Of a stretch of DNA of 64,000 nucleotides, positions 1-11,900 are shown piece by piece. A model generated the notes under the pieces. The model was given only the letters and a program-made list of their open reading frames with translations, searched no databases and was not told where the DNA came from. A program made the translations under genes and the position numbers. Within the stretch, counting starts at the first letter, position 1, and each line of letters begins with the position of its first letter. Origin of the DNA: a virus; the IMG/VR virus record IMGVR_UViG_3300021379_000006, positions 53,830-117,829 of that record, one strand, 5' to 3'.

Positions 1-2985
1 AAAGAAAGCAGCGCCTCTTTCTACAATTGATTCATAGTTACCAGGATTAGCCATAAACTCAACAGCTTTATCATAAGCTCTTGTTCTATATTGTAGCTCA
101 CCATAGTCAACCATTTTCTTTAAGACCTCTTTTACTTTAGCTTTGTTTGCATAAGCTCCATTTTCTTCTGCTAAGAATTCAATGTAAGCAACAAATGCTT
201 TTTCTAAAGTTGATGTTTCAGTTGACTTAAGAATCTTTTCTCCATTAACTTCTTCAAGCTCACTTGCAATGGTTGTAAGACTACCAATCTTTCTTTTATC
301 AAATCTAGTTGCACCGTCTTTGCCTTTAGTTGATATTTGATTCTTGGGATCTGTTAATACCTTACGATAATTATTAAGGAGCTTAAGTTTCTTTTCTTTT
401 TTAGCCAACAACTCTGCATCAGCTTCAGATTCTTTTAATGCTATAATCTCCGCTTGTAGTAAAGAAATCTCTCTTTGTATAGTATCTGGATCCAGAAGAG
501 TTGTTAGATCACTTGCGCCTAACTTAGATATATTAATACCACCCTCTGTTCCAGGAACATATACTAAATCACTTGATGATAGTTCATTAGCAATTGTTTG
601 CATCCTTTTTAAAGAATCTTCAAATGCTGTTCTAGTAAACATTGCTAGGTATCTTGCATGATTCCAAGCTATTTGTTTGTATAACTCATTATTATACTCT
701 CTAGATCCTTTCTTATAAGCATTTGCATCATATGGATTTGGGAACTTATCATTAAGATCATTGTAGTTATCTTCTATCTTATATGATTTATCTAAGAAAT
801 CTTGCAATCTCTTTCTAACCTTACCACTCTTTGCATCTTTAGCTGCATTAGGAAAAGCTTGAGCAAGTTCTTCATCTGATAGGTTCATTAAATCTTTTAG
901 TTGTTTTCTAAAAGGTTCAATCATATCATTCTGCAGCAAAGATTCTAATTGAGCAAACTCTAAGTAATCTTGGTTATCTTTAAAACCAAGAGGATCTTGC
1001 TCATATGCAGATCTTTGTTGTTCTGCAGCAGCTTGTCTTACCTTAACAAAGTTTAAGTTTGCTGTATCAAATAAAGAATTTAGTTCTGCTTGTTGATCCC
1101 ATTTTTCATTTGCAGTCTTTACAAGAGTGTTTAAAAGATTTTCTCTATCCTGCTTGTTCTTCTGGAACTCCTCCTTATTAAAGATTCTATTATACGTATC
1201 TGGTACTGTATTATAGATAAGTTTAGATCCACCACCTAGGATACCCCCGGTAGCAAACCCAGACATAAAGACCTCAAAACCTTGAGCTGAGTATTGACTA
1301 TCAACAGCATTATTTAATGCAGCATTAAGTGCAACACGAGTGTCTGTTGCTGGATCCTTAAGCAGTTCGCTATAGTAATCTACAACACCAACTTGTAAAC
1401 CTTCTTGGTAAAGTTCCTGAACACCTTCTGCAATATTAGCTGCAAAGAATCTTAAAGCACCGTGGGCACCTTTCATCACATAATCCCCAAAACTATATGC
1501 ATTTCTTCTTTGTTGTCTACCAGCTTTGGTCCAAATGCTTTTCTTTACTTCAAAAGGACTTCTTGCTATCTTACCATCAACACCAACTGTTTTCTTAGTT
1601 TGGAGTATTTTTTTACCGAGTTTGCCAGTACTATTGTCAAGTGCTCTAGCCAATCCTCTACTAAAAGGACTAACAACAGCGCCTAAACTAATTCTATTAG
1701 TCAAATAAATTACAGGAGCGTTTGCCCAAGTTGTAGTTGAACTGGCTTTAACCGCTTGTTCTTGAATTGATGCAAGCTGAGCATCTGTTAGATTTTTTTG
1801 ACCTGTTCTATCTCTTTCAATTTGAATACCATTAGACATCATGGTATTATAAACAAACCCAGACTCAAGACGGCTTTCATCAAGAGCTAGATCAATCATT
1901 CTGATATCTCTGTAAAAACCACCAAAAGCAGCATACCCTTTACCAAGTTTATGTATTGCAGTACCTACATCTTTTGTTTTATCAAAGCTTCTTAGGGCTT
2001 GCATTGTTTCAGGTAAGAATATTCTTCCTGCTAGATTTTCTCCTGATTTAATTCCTGTCCAAAAATCACGGGCTTTATCAGTATTTCTTAAAGCACCAAC
2101 AATAGATCTCCCACCTTTAAAAGCTCTACCAATAGCAAATGCATCGCCCATTCTGTTAAACATCCTTGTAAGTCTGGCCATATTATAAGCAGTTCTTGCA
2201 GTTGAAGCTGCTGCTGCTCCTGCAGCTGCTACACCAGATGCGCCACCTGTTACAGGTGTTGCAGCAGCTAGTGCTGCCGTTCCTGCCCACATTGCAATTT
2301 CTTCTGCTGCAATGCTTGACATAATACTAATACTATATGCGGAGTTCAATGCAAATCTGTTAAATGCTGCACCAAATCCTTCACGAGTATCATTACCAAT
2401 TCTCAGGGCTTCTTCCATTTTTACAGCAGATTCTGTGTCTGGATCTCCATCAAATAAATCAAATACACCTTGATTATTATTATCAAACAGTGCATCTGAT
2501 AAACCAAAGAAACTAAAACCGGGTGAAAAGTTTTCACCAAATTGGCTCATTGCTCTACTAAAGTTATCATACCATGTAGAGTTCTCATTGTAATAAGTCT
2601 CATTGTCTCTATATGGATTAAAGCCTAAGTCTGCAAATTTTGGATGAGCATAAAAATGATCAAAGTTTGTTTCTCTAATACTAAAAGATGTTCTTGGCTT
2701 AATATCTCTTTGACTAGTTGGTTCAGAAAATGTTTGTTTAACATCAAACCACGTGTTCGCAAAATCTACAGGCTTTTGTTGAGGAACTCCTTGAGCAGAT
2801 CCAGGAACACCATTGATATAAGGACTTATGGTAGTAACCATATTAAGATACTCATCATCTACAGTTTGTAGATAATCAGGATCATATCCTAAATCTAAAA
2901 TATCAACTGGTTCATATTCTCTATTTGCTTGTGATGAATTTGAAAACCCCTGTTGATCTAGTGGTTTGTTTAAATTATTATCCAT
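1..2985 (-). CDS. N-terminal ~995 aa of a giant virion cargo/ejection protein (runs off the window; absent from the ORF track)
   Basis: ATG at 2985 (MDNNLNKPLDQQG...). Sampled segments read in frame to position 1 (...ERGAAFF). Ala/Gly-rich helices and NIAEGVQELYQEG resemble ejected proteins. Position matches the crAss-like cargo/virion RNAP block, but no RNAP motif was identified. Confidence 0.75.
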   Translation of the reverse strand, partial: MDNNLNKPLDQQGFSNSSQANREYEPVDILDLGYDPDYLQTVDDEYLNMVTTISPYINGVPGSAQGVPQQKPVDFANTWFDVKQTFSEPTSQRDIKPRTSFSIRETNFDHFYAHPKFADLGFNPYRDNETYYNENSTWYDNFSRAMSQFGENFSPGFSFFGLSDALFDNNNQGVFDLFDGDPDTESAVKMEEALRIGNDTREGFGAAFNRFALNSAYSISIMSSIAAEEIAMWAGTAALAAATPVTGGASGVAAAGAAAASTARTAYNMARLTRMFNRMGDAFAIGRAFKGGRSIVGALRNTDKARDFWTGIKSGENLAGRIFLPETMQALRSFDKTKDVGTAIHKLGKGYAAFGGFYRDIRMIDLALDESRLESGFVYNTMMSNGIQIERDRTGQKNLTDAQLASIQEQAVKASSTTTWANAPVIYLTNRISLGAVVSPFSRGLARALDNSTGKLGKKILQTKKTVGVDGKIARSPFEVKKSIWTKAGRQQRRNAYSFGDYVMKGAHGALRFFAANIAEGVQELYQEGLQVGVVDYYSELLKDPATDTRVALNAALNNAVDSQYSAQGFEVFMSGFATGGILGGGSKLIYNTVPDTYNRIFNKEEFQKNKQDRENLLNTLVKTANEKWDQQAELNSLFDTANLNFVKVRQAAAEQQRSAYEQDPLGFKDNQDYLEFAQLESLLQNDMIEPFRKQLKDLMNLSDEELAQAFPNAAKDAKSGKVRKRLQDFLDKSYKIEDNYNDLNDKFPNPYDANAYKKGSREYNNELYKQIAWNHARYLAMFTRTAFEDSLKRMQTIANELSSSDLVYVPGTEGGINISKLGASDLTTLLDPDTIQREISLLQAEIIALKESEADAELLAKKEKKLKLLNNYRKVLTDPKNQISTKGKDGATRFDKRKIGSLTTIASELEEVNGEKILKSTETSTLEKAFVAYIEFLAEENGAYANKAKVKEVLKKMVDYGELQYRTRAYDKAVEFMANPGNYESIVERGAAFF

Positions 2986-3003
2986 GCCTAGATATTATAT
3001 TCT

Positions 3004-6000
3004 TTATTTTTGTGTCTTGTTATATAAAGCTTCTGCAGCTTGATTTTTTTCTAAAATCTCCTGCATCTTTATAAACTCAATATAGTCAGCAATTTGTTGT
3101 ATTCCATTTGCTTTAACAGGTTGACCAGCTAATTCTCCGTATACAGATGGATCCATTGGATATCTTATCATTTCCATTGGGCGTGTTATTTCAACGTAAT
3201 GATTTTCTGTACCTGCAGTTGGATCAAATGATCTCTCTGTTAAAGTTGTATAATATACACCATTATTTCTCCAAATTTTAAATTCTCCTGCGCCAGGAAT
3301 TTCTCTGTGGTATTTACCATCAAATTGAATTTCAGTATCTACCATAGAATAATTATAATTGCTTTGTGAGTAACCACTTATATCTTGATCTGGATTTACC
3401 ATAAGTGTAATTGTAGAAAATTTATCTTTTTCTATTTTTTCAAGAATACCATAACCAGGATCATCTGTATCACCCGTTGCTAATTTCTTTAAATAATCTT
3501 GATCAAATGTAATTACATATGCCCCATCTTTTGAAGGGGAGTCTATTGCTCCATATGCATCTATATAGCTGACACTAAATAAAGCTTTATCTTTTATACT
3601 AGAACCTTGACTACCAGCATCAAGATCCATTAACGCTTGCCCAACAACACGTCTTGCTTTATCACCATCTTTTTCAACTTTTTTGGTAACGTCTGAACTT
3701 TCAAACTCTCTAACATCACCGGGGATATATTGAACACCACCTGTGCTAACTTGATTAATTAAATCAACAAGAACATTTTCTTGTTCTGTAGTTAAACCAT
3801 TAATGTTACTAGGAACAATAACCCCTGAGTTATATGAGTTAGACATAAATGCAGAACCATCTGACATATTTTTTACAGAACCACCTCTTAGAACTTGATA
3901 TACATCAAACACTTCATATGGTCTTTCTGCTCCAGCATCTGTATCTGCTTCAGTTGTAGCATAATAGTTATAGTATCCATTTAAGGTTCTATTTAGCACG
4001 TTATATTGTTTTTCATAAGCTTTAGTAGCTTCTTCTGTAACCCAGTCTTCATCAAGGGTTTCCTCCATATTGCCGCTCCATCCATAGGTACCCATAGGTG
4101 TAACCACACGCTCCGTACCTTTTGTATAGAAATCTTCATCAAGCCGTACCCAATCTGTATATTCTCTTCTTCTTGCTTTTTCTATGGCTACATCAATAAA
4201 TTCTTCTTTAGACAAAATCTTACCATCTTGAACAATGGATGGAGCACCATAACTCATATCATAAAGAACTTCTTCTACTCCAACCGCGTCTTTAAAGTTA
4301 AGTATCTGTCCCCAGTTAGCTACTGCTTTTGTTTCTAGTAACTCTCTACCACGCTCAGTTCGCATTGCTAAACCTTGCATATCGCTCATCCTATTTTTAA
4401 ACAAAGTAGCTTGAGCGTTTGTAATATTTGGTGCTTTCTCTGTCCTAGAGTCTTGAGTTGCAAGAGCTTCATCAATTTTCTCATATTCTTTTGCAACCCA
4501 CTCTTTATATTGAGGTTTTTGTAATTCTACTCTAGCTTCATCTAAAGTAAATACTTTATCACCACCTTGAGTTGGAAGAGTTATAGTTTCAGGAGTACCA
4601 GCTTGACCTCTACTTGCCTGGTCAATTTGATAGTAATCTAATACTACACCAACTGTTTCATTATAGATTTTGTCATCTGCATCTTTGAATTCTGTTTCTG
4701 CTAATTTTAGAGCATCAAAATCAGCTTGTGGTTCGCCATCTGCATTTGCAACATACGATACATCTTGTTGACCTGTACTAAGCTTACCCAAAGCATTACC
4801 TAATCTACTTTCAGGTGATAATAAACCTGCTTTTATTCTTGCAGCTTCTAGCTCATTTGCTCTGTTTAATGCATTTTGTTCAGCTCTAAATTTTCTATCT
4901 GCTGCATCACGGATCATATCAAGCTTGTGCTTTTCTATGTCTCTTTGAAAATCATTAATTTCAATATCTCTACTAGCACTTTGCATAGAATAACTTCTAG
5001 CTGCTGCTCTTAGATCATCATTAATATTCCAGTTCATTAACATAGCATAAGCTTTGTTAATCAATGCTTCTTCATCTGGGGTAGGTTGACTAACAGATCC
5101 CAATAAAGCTCTATTAGATTCTGTTTCTAACTCCATTTCTTCAAGAGCTAATACAACTTGCTCATAAGCAGATCTTTGAGCTGGTGATAATCTATCTTCT
5201 CCAACATCAGTAATTTTTGCTTCATGCTTCTCTCTTAGTTCTTTTAACTCTTTTAATTTTCCTTGTTGAGTTAATTCTAATTCTGCTGCTTTAAAGTTAA
5301 TATCTGCTATTAAACTTTGTGCCCATTGTACTCTACCTTCATTTATTGATTGATATTTACCAGCAGCTACACCATCTTCAGCATGTCTTCTTGCTTTTAC
5401 ATATGCATCAGCAGAATAGGCTCTTTGAACATTTGCATTATTAGCCAATGCTCTTCTGACTCTTTCAAATGATGCATCATATACAAGCTCACCATTCTTT
5501 TGTTTTATAATAAACTTGTTATCTTTTGTAAAATAAAAATCCTCAACTTCTAAACCCGATTCTTCCAAATAGTTTAATGCCATATCATATAGATTGACAT
5601 TAGGTATATAAGTAGGTAGAGGTTTATTTGCAGCGTCTTCGGGAGATGCTTCTATAAAATCTTGCATTTGATAGTTTAGGTAATCAATACCTGTCTGCCA
5701 ATACTTATTACTAGCATCTGAGTTTGGAGCATTTAATAAGCTTTGAGCTCGTTGTAATTCTCCTTTATATCTTGCTGTTCTATAGATATCCTGTTGAACT
5801 AGTTTATTTTCTATAAATGGATTAAAGACACCACGTGCTTGATCTACGTTTGCACCAATAGATAAATCTAATTCAGCTATTTGATTAATACGTGGAACCA
5901 ATTGCTGAGCAAATTGATCTCTAATTTGTTGAGTATCTTGTCTTGATAAATCTGCATAGACAACACTACCATACAAATCATTTATTGCTTTATAGTTTGT

Positions 6001-6111
6001 ATCGTATCTATCCTGACGTGTAGAAAGTACCGCTTGAGCAAATTTAAAATCTGGTTCAAACGGTTCATACGTGGGGATGTAACTATCTATTCCTGGTATA
6101 TAAGTTGCCAT
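3004..6111 (-). CDS. Large virion cargo/structural protein (1035 aa)
   Basis: Long ORF with coiled-coil middle, located in the cargo block. Confidence 0.7.
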   Translation of the reverse strand: MATYIPGIDSYIPTYEPFEPDFKFAQAVLSTRQDRYDTNYKAINDLYGSVVYADLSRQDTQQIRDQFAQQLVPRINQIAELDLSIGANVDQARGVFNPFIENKLVQQDIYRTARYKGELQRAQSLLNAPNSDASNKYWQTGIDYLNYQMQDFIEASPEDAANKPLPTYIPNVNLYDMALNYLEESGLEVEDFYFTKDNKFIIKQKNGELVYDASFERVRRALANNANVQRAYSADAYVKARRHAEDGVAAGKYQSINEGRVQWAQSLIADINFKAAELELTQQGKLKELKELREKHEAKITDVGEDRLSPAQRSAYEQVVLALEEMELETESNRALLGSVSQPTPDEEALINKAYAMLMNWNINDDLRAAARSYSMQSASRDIEINDFQRDIEKHKLDMIRDAADRKFRAEQNALNRANELEAARIKAGLLSPESRLGNALGKLSTGQQDVSYVANADGEPQADFDALKLAETEFKDADDKIYNETVGVVLDYYQIDQASRGQAGTPETITLPTQGGDKVFTLDEARVELQKPQYKEWVAKEYEKIDEALATQDSRTEKAPNITNAQATLFKNRMSDMQGLAMRTERGRELLETKAVANWGQILNFKDAVGVEEVLYDMSYGAPSIVQDGKILSKEEFIDVAIEKARRREYTDWVRLDEDFYTKGTERVVTPMGTYGWSGNMEETLDEDWVTEEATKAYEKQYNVLNRTLNGYYNYYATTEADTDAGAERPYEVFDVYQVLRGGSVKNMSDGSAFMSNSYNSGVIVPSNINGLTTEQENVLVDLINQVSTGGVQYIPGDVREFESSDVTKKVEKDGDKARRVVGQALMDLDAGSQGSSIKDKALFSVSYIDAYGAIDSPSKDGAYVITFDQDYLKKLATGDTDDPGYGILEKIEKDKFSTITLMVNPDQDISGYSQSNYNYSMVDTEIQFDGKYHREIPGAGEFKIWRNNGVYYTTLTERSFDPTAGTENHYVEITRPMEMIRYPMDPSVYGELAGQPVKANGIQQIADYIEFIKMQEILEKNQAAEALYNKTQK

Positions 6112-6170
6112 AAATCTAAATTACTAAAATTTTCTAAGTTTTAAAAGCTTTATGCTTACACTCTTTAAGT

Positions 6171-8966
6171 TTATGAACCCATCTTTCCTGTGTAAAAAGG
6201 CACTGCAAACTTCTTAATTTCTTTTCCTTTTTTTCCTTGACCATTTGCTAAACTCATTGTCGCAAGTACTTCTGGTGTAAGACCATACATTTCTGCATAA
6301 TTCCCACTAAGCATTGGATTCTCTGCTTGAGTTGTTCCTGAAGTATAGTAATCTATCATAGCTTTGTTGACACCATCTTCACCAAACATGTTATACAAAT
6401 CTTGTAGATCTTGCATACGTTGTTGTTTAGCAACTCTAGGATCTCCTTGCTTACTTGGAATAGGTCTTCTACCATTTACAAAATCAATGGTACCACCTGT
6501 TACAGGATTAATATTAAATTGATCATAAAGACTACTTAAATTGTAAGCGCCCACTGCATTTGTAAGAGCATCTGCCTGCCAGTTCATGAAATCATTCATG
6601 TCAGCATTCTTTTCATTATCATACATTTGCAATGTAGCTTGTGTTGCATCATACAATTGATCAGTTCTTTCAGCATTTAATCTGTTAACCGCAAAGTCTA
6701 ATTGAGCCTGACGTGTTAAACCAGAATTAACTGTATTAATATTTCTACCATGAACTCTTGCAAATGCGTTAGCGGCTTGCGTCATTGCATCACCAGACAT
6801 TTTACTTAACCTAGCACTTGTGCTTTGAGGACCCGCAAAAGCACCTACTGCCTGCGCAGCTATATTATATTTCTCATTTACATCTGCAAGCTGTCTTGTA
6901 GGTTCTTCTAGTACATAATCTATTCTTGGTCTTTCAATAGGCTGTCTGAACGGCATGTACATATTTCTATCTCTAAGAGCAATTGCTGCTCCCTTATATA
7001 GATCTTGTGTGTAGAAGTCAAGATCAGGATCTCTATATGTTTGTATATCTCCTGGTTCATCACAGCATTCTAATGAATATGTACCATCGGGACAAAGACA
7101 TCCTTCTTCTTCTTTTTCTTTTTCTGGTTCTGGCTCTGCTACTTGTAAGAATTGATTCAAAGTATTATTACCGTAGAATCCATCTTTCTTAGAAATCTTC
7201 TTATTTACAGCCCAGTTAGTATTTTGATTTGGTCCAGTTGCTGTATATGATAAGTATGGCTCAGCATTATCCTTATCTGCTATAGTAACAGCTTGGAAGA
7301 ATAATTGATTTAATTGTGTTGTTTTGTCATCAATGTTATAACCACCATAAAGATCTGGATAAAGTTCTGCTGCTCTATCAAATAAAGCTTGAGTGTTTTT
7401 ATTTTTTCTATCTCCTCTACCTCTATCTAACTCTTTTGCATATCTCATGTCTTCAGGCATAAGATCTGCAATCATATAGTTATTCTTTTGGTAGTCTAGG
7501 AATGTTTGAACCATCTCAGCCTTAGATGGGATATCAGATTCAGGAATACCTTGCGCCTTTGCGTTAGCAACAAAAGCAACATAAGCTCTATCAATTGTAG
7601 TTTCCCACATAGGATCACCAGAAGTAAATAGTCTTTCTAGTTCTTGATATTGTGAATAGTTATCACCTAACCCTCTACCACCTTCAATCTCTGAAACATC
7701 TAAGGTTGTTCTACCACCTCTTCTTGAAGCAGCAGGTGCCGCAGCAGGTGCCGCAGCAGGAGAAGGTGTAGGAGAAGGTGGTGCAGAAGCTCCAGCAGCT
7801 GAACCAGAAATAGTTGTAGCAGGAATAGTTGTAGCAGGAGGAGTAGGATCAAGAGGACCGGATGCTTTAACATATGCTTGTGCATCACCACTCCAAACCC
7901 AGCCTGCATTTTCCATTGTTGTATTATACTGAGTACCAGCATGTGGATTTCCTGTTGGAATAAGACTTCCTACAGGATTACCCTCTGTATCTACCGCATG
8001 TTTTCCTATTTCTACATACTTGCCGTTTGTAAATTGATATGCTGTACCGTTTGCTGGATTAAAATAATAAACACCTTCTTGAGCATCTGCTGTAAATGGT
8101 ATACCATATCTACCATTAGACATTTTTTGATATTCAATACCATTTTGGGCTCTTGGTAATTCCATACCATAAGCAGCCATAGGTTGTGACATTTGACCAG
8201 CTTGTTCCATTATCTGTCTTAATGCCATTACCTGAGCTTGTTGCTCTGGAGATAATCCTTCAAACATTCTTTGTGCAGCTTGCTCTCTTGTGATATTCTC
8301 TACTTTCTGAGTAAACTCAATAGGATTAATACCTTGAGAAATCAAATAAGGATGAGCAGTTGCTGGAACACCATCTGAAAATTGTTTCTTTGCTTCTTGT
8401 CCAAATGCTAATTTTGATAAACTCATTTGATTTTTATCTATCATTAATTCAGCACTTTTGGTTGTAATGTTATCTGCAAAAGGATCTGCCATTGCTCCTA
8501 TGTATTCATTGAGCTGGTATTTTTTAGAAACCTTAGCTGGAGTCATTTTCTTTCTTGATTCAATACCAAACTCTGCAAGCTCTTGTCTATTAAACTTCAT
8601 TTTAGCTGTATCAGAAAATACAAATGATTGCTCTGGCAAATACATTGGTACGCCACCACTACTGTGTCTAGGACCTTTAATGTCATACAAACCAAATCTA
8701 CCATCATTATTAAGATCTGTCAATACAGTCTCACCACCTTCTGCTTCTATATTAGCAACTTCTCTAGGTACGGATGATAAAGAGTATCTAACATCTACGT
8801 CATTGGTATTGTTAAATTGGTCATTACCAAAATTATAAGGAGATGTAACAAGACCATAACCAGATTGATCTCCGGTCATCATACCGCCATGTTTCATCTT
8901 TTTTGTAACCTTACCGTTTTTAATTTCAAAACCATCAGGTAATTTTTTTAATCTAATCTTTGCCAT
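6171..8966 (-). CDS. Virion cargo protein (931 aa) with Pro/Ala linker
   Basis: N-terminal NIEAEGGE...GPRHSSGGV motif typical of crAss-like cargo proteins; contains YGMELPRAQNG linker. Confidence 0.7.
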   Translation of the reverse strand: MAKIRLKKLPDGFEIKNGKVTKKMKHGGMMTGDQSGYGLVTSPYNFGNDQFNNTNDVDVRYSLSSVPREVANIEAEGGETVLTDLNNDGRFGLYDIKGPRHSSGGVPMYLPEQSFVFSDTAKMKFNRQELAEFGIESRKKMTPAKVSKKYQLNEYIGAMADPFADNITTKSAELMIDKNQMSLSKLAFGQEAKKQFSDGVPATAHPYLISQGINPIEFTQKVENITREQAAQRMFEGLSPEQQAQVMALRQIMEQAGQMSQPMAAYGMELPRAQNGIEYQKMSNGRYGIPFTADAQEGVYYFNPANGTAYQFTNGKYVEIGKHAVDTEGNPVGSLIPTGNPHAGTQYNTTMENAGWVWSGDAQAYVKASGPLDPTPPATTIPATTISGSAAGASAPPSPTPSPAAAPAAAPAASRRGGRTTLDVSEIEGGRGLGDNYSQYQELERLFTSGDPMWETTIDRAYVAFVANAKAQGIPESDIPSKAEMVQTFLDYQKNNYMIADLMPEDMRYAKELDRGRGDRKNKNTQALFDRAAELYPDLYGGYNIDDKTTQLNQLFFQAVTIADKDNAEPYLSYTATGPNQNTNWAVNKKISKKDGFYGNNTLNQFLQVAEPEPEKEKEEEGCLCPDGTYSLECCDEPGDIQTYRDPDLDFYTQDLYKGAAIALRDRNMYMPFRQPIERPRIDYVLEEPTRQLADVNEKYNIAAQAVGAFAGPQSTSARLSKMSGDAMTQAANAFARVHGRNINTVNSGLTRQAQLDFAVNRLNAERTDQLYDATQATLQMYDNEKNADMNDFMNWQADALTNAVGAYNLSSLYDQFNINPVTGGTIDFVNGRRPIPSKQGDPRVAKQQRMQDLQDLYNMFGEDGVNKAMIDYYTSGTTQAENPMLSGNYAEMYGLTPEVLATMSLANGQGKKGKEIKKFAVPFYTGKMGS

Positions 8967-8968
8967 AA

Positions 8969-11900
8969 TTATAACATTTCTATGTCTGCTCCAGCAGCTA
9001 TTAATGCAGCAAGAGTATCATTATCTACTTCTAGTTCTCCACCATATTCACGTTCTATCTTTCCTGCAGATGTATAACCTTGTCTAACAGCCTCAGTAAC
9101 TAAGGCCGCAGCTTCTTCTGGAGTATTTGTAGTTGCACCAATTATAGAACCCAAAAAGTTATTATACATATCCATTCCAGATTCCTTAGCCTTTGTCATA
9201 AAAGGTCTTTCATCCTTACCAAATGCGGAAGCTTCGTGACCGGCGCCCAAAATATTTGCACCAATAGCACCTATTATTTCATCATGAGGAAGATAATCTG
9301 AAAAAGGAATATAAGCTCCTGCTTTATCTGCTATTGTTTGAGCAGTAACAGCTGATGAATAACCATGTCTTAATGGATCTGAGTTTATATCTCTAAACTC
9401 CATCAAAGCTTCAAGACTCTTATAAGCATCAGAATTCTTTTTAGTTTCCCAAATTTCTGTTAAACGATTCAACTCTGCTATTTCTTCATCAGTAAATTTG
9501 CTTTTATCATAGTCATGTATACGCATTAACCTGTCTTCATATCTATATAACTCGTCTTGAGCGCCATCAATGTCATCTATTATCATTTGTTGTTCCTTCG
9601 TATATGGGAAGTCATAACGCATAGAACCAAGAGAATTATCTACTTGATCTTCTAAATATCCTAAAAGATTACCTTTATTGTATGCATATTTAAGATCAGA
9701 ATAATTTTCTTCTGGAGGATCTCCACCATTTTGCATTTCCTCTTTATGCAAATATCCCATCTTAGCCATTCTTTCATGATCAGCTGGTACTTTAGCTTTA
9801 TAACCTTTACCGCTTTCAGGATCATACATCATGTGTGGTTCAAACTCACCGCCTTTTTTATACATTTCTTTACCGTACATAGCAGGTGCATAATAATCAA
9901 CAAGATTGTCTGGTTCAGCTAATCCAGTGTTCACGTCAAATGTTCCTCTCTTATTTGCAGGATTTTCTACAGCTCTATAAATTCTATCAGCCATAGTAGA
10001 GTTTCTCAATTCATTTTTGTAGTTAAAGTAATCTTGCTCTGCAAAAAACTCATTAGCAAAGTTTGCTCCCATTACAGCAAAGTTTGAAACATCTCCATAT
10101 GCTTGCATGTATGGGTTATCTTGTATAAATGTAGATATCTGTTTTGGTATGTTTTTTAACTGTCTTCTTCTTGTTACAGTAGGTTGTTCTGTTGTTTGAT
10201 TTCCAGAGTATGCAGATAAATCTATATTTCTTAATTCTGGCATTGCTGCTTCAGAAGTTAATGATGAAAGATCAACTTCTTTAGGATTTAAACCAACAAC
10301 AGGCATTGCAAGTGGTCTATCAAATTCTTCTGCTACATCATCTAATGCTGTCTGATCAAAGTAAGCACCACCCATACCAGATCCACCTGACCAATTGTAT
10401 GGAGGACCAAATTGAGCTTTAGGTAATTCAGAGCCGTATTTTAATTCTGGAAAACTACCACCTTTATATACGTAGTCACTTAATTTTGGTTGAATTACTT
10501 CATGAGCTTCACCTTCAAAAGCATTAGTATCATCATATGGATCATATTCTTGCGCTGGATCCCGCCATTCCCTAAAGGCTCCTTTTCCAAAACGCAGAAG
10601 AGAGTTTAATGTGCCATCTCTTCTTATTTGCAAATTATGAGCTAGCTCATCAATTATCTTTTCTCTTATTTGCTCGTCAGTCATTCCTGCACGTCCTAAA
10701 TAAACTATATTGTCTCTATTTATTGGATTAACGTGAGCTCTGCGTCTATTAGATCCGGTTGCTGCATCTAACCATCCTGCATCACCATAAAAAGGCACAG
10801 AAAACCTTTCATTATCTAAACCAAGCGTCAAAGGTGGTTGACCTGCCCTTTGCCAAACCTCTCTATATCTTTTTGCTTCTTCATCTGAAAGACCTTTTGT
10901 TGCACGCTTTAAAAGTTCTTCAGTCTCATTATCTGGTGCTTCATCTTTATAGTTTGTTGTGTATCTTGTATCACCATAAAGAAAAGATTCACCTCTACCC
11001 AAATCATTTCTAGCTGCAGCAAATGCTTCATCTTTATCAGCGTATTGATTATAGTTGGGAAGAGATTCATATCCATCATCATCTGTCCATACCCAATTCT
11101 TAGGTGATGTTAATAGTGCACCTGCAGTTTCTAATTGTCTTTTTGTAGGTTTATTAAAAGTCAATTCATCAGGAATCAAACCTTCTTTGCCATCAAGCCA
11201 ACCATCATTCCAATAAGTGTCCGAGCCTCCTAAAGCTGAATTACCCCAATTTAATAAATCAACAAGACCATATTGAGCTTTGGGTAATGTAGAGCCTCCA
11301 TATTTAAATTGAGATTCCTGTTCGTATATCTGTCTTAGCTGAGCTTCATTTAAACCCATTAGTCTAGGGCTTGTAGCATTGGCAACATACCAATCTTTAA
11401 ATCCATCATTAGATCCCTCTTGCGTATCATCTACTGGTGGAATCTGAACAACACTTCTTTCAGGAGTATTAGAAGAAATCATTGCAGGGAGTGGTTGATC
11501 ATTCTCAGTTTCACCTAGCATTGTGCGTCTATACATATCGCTCAATGCTTTGTCTCCTGCTATATTATAGCTGCTGTATTGATTCCCTGTGTTAATTAAG
11601 CCTGTACCGCTTGGGTAGTCTTTTGCGCCAAGCAACATTTGTTTTTCTTCTAGATCCATGTTATCAATATTCTCCATGAATCTTGCCAATGATATACCAG
11701 AAACTCTATTGTTTTTTCCAATCATCTTTCTTTCAAGATCATTGGATGCAATTGCAGATTTATAATCATTTGCTTCTGGATCAAAATCAACCCTGCTGTT
11801 TAGTAAAAGATCATTTGTGTACTGGTCTCTTGTTCTAATATTTCCTTCAGCAAAATCATTGAAATTAACAACATAATTGCTTGGATCAAGATTACCATAA

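Noticed and set aside
1-6111. Calling these genes the virion RNA polymerase
   Set aside because: Position is compatible, but no DxDxD catalytic motif was identified in the visible part
7729-7760. 12-bp tandem repeat GCAGCAGGTGCC
   Set aside because: Encodes a PAAA linker within a Pro/Ala-rich region
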